The notes below the pieces were generated by a model. It had not been told where the DNA came from, ran no database searches, and saw only the letters and a program-made list of their open reading frames with translations. Shown one piece after another: positions 12,203-23,015 of a stretch of 64,000 bases of DNA. How positions within the stretch are numbered: position 1 is the first letter of the stretch; each line of letters opens with the position of its first letter. The position numbers and the translations under genes are program-made. The stretch is from Antedon mediterranea (lineage: Eukaryota > Animalia > Echinodermata). The stretch spans positions 32,990,437 to 33,054,436 of the forward strand of contig NC_092672.1 of assembly GCF_964355755.1 (NCBI RefSeq). Direction: 5' to 3'.

Positions 12203-15200
12203 TAATAGAGTGAATGTTTATTGGATTGCCATAGAAACATTTGATCAAATCCTTCCCTAAGAAAGAGTAGCCTACTGTCTAGTGCTCTAAATAGAATGAT
12301 ATTAAGGATATGATGCATCATGCGTCACTACACATTATCTACATATCAATGTATTTGATGTATAGTATGTCAAAGTACCAATCAATACCGGCGGACAACC
12401 TTTTGGCCTGACCTATGTCTGGCTTATCAAGATTGGGAGTTTTCAGCAAGGAGTCCTGTATTGGAAGAGTTTACAATAGAGCTTGGTTCCCATTTAGACG
12501 TAACGCAAGCAGTTGCGTAATGCAGGGAGCAAAGGCCCCTCATTTAGCACTCGTAATCCAACGCTGGGTAGTTGCATTGGGTTGCTTATGCCCTTCGGCT
12601 TAGCCAGTGAGCGCTTACAGCCATTATGCCAATGAAGGCCAGGACGTAAAAATGTACCACAAATAATTTGACCAATCATATGACATGATAGAAACTGTCA
12701 CTGGCAATCAACGACGGAACCGGTTTTATCGTGGTAGTAAAACTTAACTGCAACACAATCATTTATAAACAGTTTCAAAGAAATTTGTTCTATTTTGGGA
12801 TGTGTTGAAGAGAATAGGCTACACAGTATACAGACTTTACATTATCTACAGTACATTGCGAAAGAATTTATAACAGCGAAATTTTACGAGTTGTAAAAAT
12901 GGTCCCAACACCGAAAACACCGAAAATAAAAAACATACTCCCAGGGTCTTGTAATTTCAATAGAATGGTTTGACAATAAAAGAAATTTTCATGGGAAATT
13001 TTAAATATACAGGCTACAAAAAATGGTATACAATATATAGATTTAGAATCATACAAGTAAAAACAAAACGTATCACTTTAAGAAACCTCAGTGGACTTGG
13101 AATGGCATACACATTAAAGGAAAGCACCGTTAAAGTTTGTCTAATCTTATTCTAACGCATACCATGCCAACACTCCCGCATTTTAGATTCGTCTCCCGGA
13201 CTAATATTGTCCTCCCGGTAGCCGCATTTTCTCCCAGTACAAAGATAACTCAATTTTGATGTATACTTCGTATATTTTGCTTAAATGTAATAGTACACAA
13301 AGAAATCCAAAGCTAAAACGGCCTATTAACACATGCAGAAAAGAAAAAATGCAAAATTTATTCAATTATCATGAACATCTTGCACGGTGCCAGAACATTA
13401 ATTATCATAGTAATAATGAAAACATGAATAAAATATTAAAGAAAACCTGCCAAAAAAAAAAATTTTTTTTACTGTACTGTAATATTTCATGATTGTACTG
13501 CAAGTAGCTATTAAAGGAGGTTAAAGGAGGTTTAAAAAGGTTTAAAACAGAATTTCAGGTATACATACAGTGGGCATATTTCAATTACACATCTTTGTGT
13601 GAGAATGATGACTCCCTATTTTGGAATAAACCCTTATTATATATAATGGTAACTTTCCTGTGATATCAATGAGGAGCATTGTGTTTAGCACATACCACAA
13701 TAACAAACCACTAATGAAGGGCAATTCAAATGGGACACTTTGTCTGATAGTGTCGTCATAATAGGGGTTAGTCCCTAAATATCTAAAGTGATATTTTTTT
13801 TAATTTTTGGGTACGTTTCTACTGTCAAACCTAACTGTGAATGGAAAATGCAGCCAGGTTCCTTGGGTGGATGCTACAGTACGTTGAAATCGGGCTAAGA
13901 TTCTGAAAATAATGGGGATATAATAATGTAGGTTCCACAATACACTACATGACATGCTACTACAAATAATTAAAATCAATAAAATATTAAAAACAAGATA
14001 CATTTATTTACATTACATTACCTACAGTAATGATTGCTTTCTGTGTTGGTTAAAAAGATGTTCAATAAAAACAATAAAATAACGTTCAATATTAAACACA
14101 TTAAACTTACTGTCTAGTAAAAGTGTAATGTTGAAAATCATACTAAAAGTATAAATACAGACGAGTTGTAACCACCTCATTCAATAGTAACTAGCAGGCT
14201 TGGAATAATAAAGTGTTGTACAGTACTTTTGAAAAAATATATAAAAAGTGACAAAAAGATCTTATATAAACCACCAACTACCAGCTGAATAATTGTTGTG
14301 AGGTCATTCAATAGAAAAAAAAAATTTACATAACAAAAGAAATGTTAACATTAATAGACATTAAAGTATGTGTTTTTAATGCGCAGGCTATTTAAAAGAC
14401 AATTGGAGTATGTTCTTTGTTCGAACATGATAAATGTAACGATAATATCCTTTTTTTAAATCATACCATAACCCATTTACCTACAAAAAAAACCTAAAAA
14501 TATACTTTTAATTTTGGACCGATGGCTTTATTTTATTTTTAATCGTTTTGGAAACAATTATTTTTTTCAGACACCCTGAGAATTTGAAAAGACTATTTTC
14601 AAAGAGAAGATTAAAGTATGTGTACTTTTTTTTAATGGTTTTGTATCAGATCAATTTTTATACCTGAGTTTTAGGCTATAATCACTAATAATCATGGAGA
14701 ATAAACATAATTATATTGTGTATTTTAATCAAACATTTTGAGACTGTTTTATAATGCTTGGCTACTGTACCAATTCCAAGGCACGGCAATTAAATTCCAC
14801 TCCCAAAAAATTTCATACACCTTTTCCTGTGAACAGATTTCTAGCATTTTTATATTTGTTCATTAAAACTAATATGGTCCTACAAATAAAACTTCTACTT
14901 TGCATCGCAAATCGTGACACAATAACACTTATTAATAACTATTATATAAGACACTTATCACAAATAAAAATATACAGTCCTGCTTCATGTATAGTACTGT
15001 AGGTCTAGCTATAGTAGTTAGACTAAAGCCTATCCAGGGAATAATTTCGCCAGTGTAGCATAGCAAAAAGCTATACAAAACAACCTTCTTGCTACACATT
15101 TCTAAAATTGTGTAGCAAAAAAAGACAATACAAAACTATGTTTCTCGACTAAAAAATCAGTTTGATTAGCAATAATTGCTAAACAAAATTTTAAAATGAA

Positions 15201-16127
15201 ATTTTTCCCTGCTATCTCTTTTTTAATCTTATCTTGGAGAACTGTAAGATTTGGCCAGTTAGTTTTAGTAACTATCACTGTATCAGTAAGGCTGAGAACT
15301 GAAGACTAACTATAAGACTACACAGTAGATAATTATTTTAAAATAAATTTTTCTAGTAAATCCACATTTCTACCACCAGAACTACTACTACTACTACACC
15401 AGAGGTGGAACTGTAGTTTTCTGTACAGTATTTTATGGCCTGATTTTACATGTTTTTTTGTGAACAATAAATTTTCCTAATACTCTAATAAATACCCCAT
15501 GTGAAACGATACAGTGCTACATTTATTAAGCCCCTGAACTGTACGATAAAGCGTGGTTCCCACTAGCAACGCAACGTAACGCAACCTACGCAACGTAAAA
15601 AAATGCCCTTCCAAACATTGTTTGCCTCTGTCTGCGTGAAATCAAACCTACGATGTTTGCAGCACTATTACGTCATCGGTTCCCACTTGTGATTATAATA
15701 ATAATAATTATGCAATACAGCACTTTGTGCCGATAGGTCGCTGCATTATGTTGCGTTCTTCTAGTGGGTTTAATCTTCAGGTTTAATGGTTTATTGCTGT
15801 TTCTTATTTTTCAAATTGCTACTTGTCCTTTTTTTGTATTAAGACCACAGTGTGACTAAAACTGGAAGGTTTATAGATTTAGGTCTGGCTCACACTACTG
15901 GACTCTGTCACTGTAATCTAGGTCGAAAGAACTAACCATTAGCCTAACCAATCACATTGTGTGTTGGAGCACCTCATTAATCCTGCTTTATAGTACATCT
16001 GGATGTTCTGTACAGTAGGTACGTATACCAAACAGTTTAATGATTTTAATGATTTAAAATCTGTATAGCTCAATACAAATAGTCTCTATGCACTGTGGAC
16101 TCAGAATACACAAACCAGTAGTGGTGT

Positions 16128-16672
16128 TTAGTAGTCTATAAGTGCTAGCTGTATAAACCGACAATAGCCTGTGCTCTCCAGAGAGAGGGCTTTAGATACG
16201 AAAGTGAAAAGTTCCTAGAACACCCCTGTATTATAATGGACCAGTCCGCAACCACGCCCTGCCTCATGTGGGAACGTACCAACGTACCACTGTCATCATT
16301 TTCTTTCGTAACGTGAGAACGTTACGACGTATAGAGAAGGATACTAAGTGTTAACTTTGTTGTACATTATACATATACTATACAAGTTACCTACTTTCGA
16401 ACACTGTTTATAAATGCCAGTTGCAGTACCAGCACTTGATATCAAACTATATATATCAAGTGCTGGTACTGCAACCGCCGTCGAAAGAAAATGATGATAG
16501 TGGTACGTTGGTACTGTACGTTCCCACATAAGGGCGTGGTTGCGGACTGGTCAATTATAATACAAGGGTGTTCTACTGTAGGAACTTTTTACTTTCATAT
16601 CTAAAGCCCTCCCTCTGGAGAGCACGGGCTATTGTTGGTTTAAACAGGTAAGCTAGGCACGATATAGACTAC
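16128..16672. mobile_element. Foldback/MITE with ~180-bp inverted arms
   Basis: 16130-16308 is the reverse complement of 16482-16672; a second hairpin lies at 16422-16473 in the loop. Confidence 0.85.
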
Positions 16673-18128
16673 ACTTATCAACTACATGCTTCTCTCAATT
16701 AGTCTTGTTCTTCTTAAAATTGGAGTTTTATAAAGAAAGTAACAAAAGACCATCACAATGCAATTAAATACTAGACAATTGGCACCTTACCAAAAATGGA
16801 TGATTACTGTATTTATCAATACTTGGTTAACATTCAACCCAGTTTTTACAGGCTGGTGTATGTAACCATCCAACAAGCGATCGGTTTATAACACAATTCC
16901 ATTACAAGCACTTTCTGCAACTTTCTCATGCAGTACCCATTTTGGCCAGAAATTGTAAAACGTACCGCATTAAAAATGTTGTTTTTTTTTTAAAGGTTCA
17001 CTAGAATTTAAATTAAAAAGTTAATGCAAAGGATTGTAAAAATATTTTAATCAGTAGTTTTTCTTATGAAATTCGATATAAAGAAATGAAGCTACAGGCT
17101 CAGACAGGTAGTTTATCAAAGCTGGAAAATGTATTTGATTTTTAACAAACTGAACATTTACTGTAGTTCAGGTTTAATTGAAAAAAAGTATAATTTACTC
17201 TTTGGTTTTTGTAGAAGATTCCAATGTTTGATTCATGATGCACCTCTCCCGGGGGTCGTATAGTGGGTCATACAAATGCATAAAGCAATATACAATATGA
17301 AACTGCGATGTACCAATATATGGACATGATGATGTCATATGACTACCATATTTGGGAATATCACTACCTACCATATTTGGGCATATCAAACTTTTTGTTA
17401 AAAAGTTGGATAGTGTAGACAGAGCTTAACACTATAAACAGTTAAGTAAACTCCCAATATGGAACACCTTTGGGCTGGCCAAATATGTCTGGTTTTCCTG
17501 AAGGGTTTCGGAATTCCAAAGTCTGGAATGGGGAGAGTTGACCTTATTCAACTTTTAGGCTAAACTTGTTTTTGGTACACAAAATACACTTGATCCAAAA
17601 TATTTAAAGAACATGGGGAAACCCCAGAAACATGGGAAAACCACAGATGAGGAAACATAATGCTATAAATAATTATAATATAAATCTTTAATAATTTGTT
17701 ATCCTTTTAATATCAAACAACTAAACTCACTAAAATCTAGAAAAAACTCCATTAAAAGTGATGCAAAAAAATCAATTGATATTAAATGATATAAATTACG
17801 CAATGTCTCTTGTTCTGTTCGTTACACATTGCGATTGCTGGATTGGCGACGATAATGTGGTTCAGTGAAAAAGTTAGCCAGTGGGACAAATTTTCGTCTT
17901 TTTTTGGAGAATTGTATTCTTTTTGACCTGTTTGGAAAAGAAACATTATTTTTTTTGGACTAATTCCAAGTGCCATGCTAAAGGTTAAAATTAGAAAAAT
18001 TAAAGTTTTAAAATTAAAAGTAAGTAATTTAAAAGAAGTAAAATTACACTGTCAGTGTCTGTGGTGTAAAGGAAGAGGTAACAGTAAACACTGTCTGGGC
18101 TGGTGCATGTATAAATGATGTTTTAATA

Positions 18129-19775
18129 TGTGACCCGATCTGGCAAAACCCTCTCTTTGTCGGCAATTCAAAATTCACGTAATCAGTCAAAATACGTCCA
18201 AATCGACTACCCTGGCAGATTCCATGTTTTTGCATTTTCAAAATATTTCACTATCCAAGAATACGTCTACCTGATTTAAACTCCCGAAATTTAACTAAAA
18301 TTATGAAAAAAGAGAGTTTTAAAAACATGTATTTTCCTCAAGCCTAACAATTTATTCACGATCTACGCTAAAATTTTGCGTAAATTCAGTTGAAAGTTGC
18401 CGAGTTTTACGACATTTTGATCGCCAGTTCGCTACAAAATGTTGAAAGGTCACACATCAAAATAAAGCTCATCCATTTGACATTCCAAATATGGAAGTTT
18501 TAGGGCGGAGTTTAAAGAAGGAACCAATGAAAACTTTGATTTACTATGACATCATTTCAGAAAATTCGGTTCTTCGAAGTTTCTGGAACAGCGAACTGCG
18601 TGTGTTGCTATGGCGCATCATCGCAATAACAAACGTTATTGGTCAACGCGCTAGATGTTATACGCTCAACGCGCGGAAATAAAAAGTTGTTTACATTTTT
18701 GTGAGGTTATTTTTATTGTACACACAGCATGTCGTAAATTGGAATAAAAACGATTTTAATATTCAAAGTAAAGTGTTCTGCAATAGCTGTAGTGTGTATT
18801 TGTTTATTCCATAGTAAAATAGACAAGTCAAAAACAATTCACGTCATAAATTCAATTGTATTTTCTATATTTTTTTGGGCTAGTAGTAGGCCCTAGGCCT
18901 AATTTTATTATGGTTGTAGGCTTACTACTACTGGGCCTAGCTTTATATTATTGTCAATAGTTTTATTTATACATTTTATATATCCAATCGGCTCTTAATT
19001 ATTTATTTAATTTATTGTCCATTACTTTCATATTAAATGTTTTTTTAAATCATTGGATTCAAGCCCAAACATCACAGCGAATCTTCCACGTTATAAAAAA
19101 AACAAATGTAATCGTCAATACAGTGTAATGTTAGCTTGCAATTAGCTGTGACTCTGCAAGGCGCCTAACTTGTCTAGACTAACGCTAGCCCCCGTGTCGA
19201 TGCACCGCTGCCATACACGGCCTGATGAACACCCATCATCAGTAGGTCTTGATACAGGCGATGACGGCGAAAATCTGAATAAATAGGCGCGCCTAGGCCT
19301 AGGCCTGCTTGGTTTTTTGCCGTTGATATCGTAAACACTTCCGAAACCAGTTAACATTAGCTTGGTAGTTATAATGCTGCTTTTCAATAGTGCAAAATAG
19401 TTAATTCGAGTGACTAAATAGGTTAAAACGGCGTCTGAAATCAGTCAAATTGACCATAGTGTCCACGCTGCTGCTATATCGCACACACTTCCTGGTATGA
19501 CGTCATTGTGCCTTAGACCAAAATAGCGCGTTGCTACGGAGTGAGTTTTCAGCGCGTATCAAAAAGAATTTCATTGCAAACTTCAAACGCGATTTTCTCG
19601 TAAACTATATAGAATGATTTGTAAGTTTTTAAAATATAATAACTTTTTAAATATTTACTCAATTTTTATGAAATAAACACCATTGCAAAGCTTATGATTC
19701 ACATAATCCAAATATATAAAAAAATACAAAATGAATATTTCCGACAAAAGTAGGGTTTTGCCAGATCGGGTCACA
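18129..19775. mobile_element. 1.65-kb non-autonomous DNA transposon, superfamily unassigned
   Basis: TIR TGTGACCCGATCTGGCAAAACCCT ... AGGGTTTTGCCAGATCGGGTCACA, flanked by TA (or ATAT) duplication; no transposase ORF. Confidence 0.85.
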
Positions 19776-20128
19776 TATAAAGATGTATACAACAATTGAC
19801 TAGTGAATTTTAGTGAACTTTTTTGCAATTTTGACTTTTATTAAAAACAAATCCTGGATTGGAAATACACCAGCCAGCCATTCCTCTTTATCATGATCAT
19901 TCATCAATATCAACAGCAAGTCTTACATGGACAGTTTACATTTAATAATTTTATGAAACTACGATAAACACGTACACTGTATGGGAATCCCACTACCTAT
20001 CAACACTGTGTTTGTTATACCAAGGCCCATGGATCCATACAAAAAGGCAACAAGGGTCCAGCTCATATTGACTGCTGGCTGCAGTCAGTAAATTTAGGCC
20101 TACTAGCTAGGCTAGCCGGTTAACCTAC

Positions 20129-20642
20129 CTTGCCTTACTCTTCTTCAAAAAAAGACTGGCCAACACCTCACCGAATCGAACATGCGAGTGAAAATATTAC
20201 AAAGAACAGAAGAAATAATTCACTTCATAAGTGTTAATTACGCTGCAATCAGAAAGAAGCCAGGAACACACCTTTTTTCAAAAGGGTAAAAGTAATCAAA
20301 ACAAATCCAAAACCATGTACTAAAACTCCAGTCTCCATCCCAAGTCAGATTTTAATATCGACCTTCGTTTAACCTCAAGATAAACTGTTTACAGGAATAT
20401 ATAAGCCCAATTTAAAAAAAATCATTAATGAATTTTTTTGTAAATGAAATTACTTTGATTAAATTAAATATTAATTGAAAAGTTATTATTTGTTGTTCAA
20501 GGAAAAACATACCCTTTTGCATATACCGGACAGAAAATAATTAAGTGAATGTCATTTGAGGTCACACGTGGACGTACGATCGACGAAGTGTGGCATGTGT
20601 GTGTGTGTACTAGATTCGTTCGTGTTTACTGTTTTGTGAAAG
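20129..20642. promoter_or_regulatory. Putative bidirectional promoter and non-coding first exons of the zinc-finger and RRM genes
   Basis: Minus donor AAG|GTAGGT at 20129/20128 and plus donor AAG|GTTGGT at 20642/20643; CACGTG at 20565-20570; both start-codon exons have upstream acceptors (10087, 22951). Confidence 0.5.
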
Positions 20643-20649
20643 GTTGGTA

Positions 20650-21057
20650 TTGCCTAGCCTCTTTTTATCGTAGGTCTAGGCCTAGATTTCGCTAATTATA
20701 CTTATAAATTATGTAATGTTTAAATGTAGTTTATCAACTGAGTAGTAGTGTAGTGGAGCCTAACCAATTTAATTTTATTTGTACAGAATTTTAGGCCTGC
20801 CTAGCTAGGGCCTAGGCCTAGCCTAGCCCTAGTACTAGTAGTAGGCCTTTCTAAACTAGCTAGCTAGGCCTAGCTAGGCTAGGGAGAGTCTACTACTTAA
20901 TTTTTAACTAGGCCTAGCCTAACTAAGGCCTACTACTAGTAGTACTAGCCTACTACTACTACTAGGGCTAGGCCTAGCTAGCTGGGCCTAGGCCCTAGTT
21001 GGCCTACCTACAGTACAGGCTACTAATACTACTATAGACTGAGTGAGGCTAGGCATA
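20650..21057. repeat. TAGGCCTA/CTAG/(TAG)n low-complexity tract
   Basis: Dense irregular CTAGGCCTAG, CTAGCTAG and TACTACTA words. Confidence 0.9.
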
Positions 21058-21062
21058 CATAG

Positions 21063-21862
21063 TGTTATGCGCGATTTGAACGATTTGCGCAATTTGAAAT
21101 TGCGCAAAAAAATCCTTGCGCAATTTGAAATTGCGCAAAGAATTTTTGCGCAATTTCAAATTGCGCAAGGATTCTTTTGCGCAATTTCAAATTGCGCAAT
21201 CAACTTGCGCAATTTCAAATTGCGCAAGAAAATCTTTGCGCAATTTTAAATTGCGCTGCACAATTTGTAAATTGCGCAAGATAGTTCTTGCGCAATATGA
21301 CACCTTTGCGCAATTTGAAAACGAACTGTAAATTTTCCCATACATGGCTAGGCTAGGCCTAGGCAGAGGAGGTTTAAAATTTAGTATTTTATTATATAAA
21401 TAAGACCATTTCAATGAAGATAATGTTTAATACTCACTTTTTAAGTTTTTAATATTAGTTTAAGCTAGGCCATGTAACCTAGTCAGTATCAGTAGTCCAG
21501 ACCCTGGCTAGGCTAGAGTAGTATAGCCGGCCGCCCGCGCCGCGCCCGCCTGGTGGAACACCACCGCTTCGTTTTCCTTCGTCGGTTCTTCGACGGTATG
21601 CTAACTTATAACAATATTTGCACTACTAAAATAAGGAAATGCGATATTTATCTTTAATTTTGAATCATTCTTAGAAATTACTATAAAAATATGGGTGTGC
21701 ATGATTTCACAATCTGCCGAAAAACCTTGCGCAATTTGCAGATTACTTGCGCAATTTAATACGTTGCTTGCGCAATTTGAAACACATGTTTCAATTCAAA
21801 TTGCGCAAGGATTTTTTTTGCGCAATTTCAAATTGCGCAAATCGTTCAAATCGCGCATAACA
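21063..21862 (+). mobile_element. TTGCGCAA-array MITE, copy 1 (TGT...ACA ends, Ginger2/TDD-like)
   Basis: ~65-bp TIR TGTTATGCGCGATTTGAACGATTTGCGCAA...; 5-bp TSD CATAG (21058-21062 and 21863-21867); ~20 TTGCGCAA palindromes. Confidence 0.92.
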
Positions 21863-23015
21863 CATAGGATCCAGTAGGTGAGTAGTAGGCGACCCTGGCT
21901 GGGTAGGTCTCCATTTTCATTACTACGATTAAACAGCGTGCATGGTACTAAAACTATGCGTGCAATGCCATTGACGTGGTGTTTTTACACTTTTTTTAGG
22001 TCATTATTCTAAATTAATTATGAAAATATTCTTTTAAGTGAATATTTATTTACCTATTATTCTATAAGATCAAGTATTTTTTATTTAAATATGAATATAG
22101 CCTAATGGTTAAAAGATCGTTATCGTCAAGCGCATATAGCTTTGGTTTAATAATACTAGAGAACCCTTGAACAGCCTATGACCTACCATTTTCAACCTTA
22201 GTTTTGTAGTTGAGCCTCTTATTTTATGACCTCAAAATGTGTTTTCTTCCTTCAAGATAATATACAGTAGTTCCACATACCATGTGCTTGTTACTAAAGG
22301 AAAATATTAATTTTTAAAAAGTGCTAAAAAACACTTTTATCCCGATATGAGGCCTTTAATGATTGAATATTTCACAGTAACAACCCATATACCATGAGAA
22401 AAAAAGAGAGAAAATTCCAAGGGGCTCAACTACAAAAACAGCATTTTGTGGTATGATGTCATTATAAGCGGCAGCCAATCAAACCTCCGCTTTCGACTAC
22501 TCCGCAGGGCTAACGGTTTAACAAATTTGGATTCTCCCCCTTTGATTGGTTGATGTGAAGTTAATAGGTTTACAACAAATGTTAAAGAATTAAACTCATC
22601 ACAAACCACCTCGCGCAATCATTTATTTTTTAATTAGTTTTATTATAGGCGTGTCACACATTCTACCAACTAATCAAATGTAATAATGTATTAAATACAG
22701 AAATAACACAATTCAGACAATATAAAAAAAATGTTGTTTATAATATTCAGGAGATCGGGGGATTAAATGAAAATTCGGGAGGCTCTCGGGAGATGCCCGG
22801 AAAAATCCGGAGGGTTGGAACGTCTAGACTACAGGATGGATACATTTAAAAGCTAGAGGCTTTGATATGGTACCATATCTCTAGCTTAGATACTTTTGTA
22901 TTAAAAATCAATATCCGATTGTCTCCTTATTTTTATACAAATCAAATTTAGATCTTCATTGAATACATGAGCTACTGTCTGTATACACTCAATAACGTTC
23001 TGACATCCATACAAC

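Noticed and set aside
21043-21877. ORFs rich in LRNFKLRK / AQFEIAQ (also 48383-48650)
   Set aside because: Translation of palindromic MITE subrepeats
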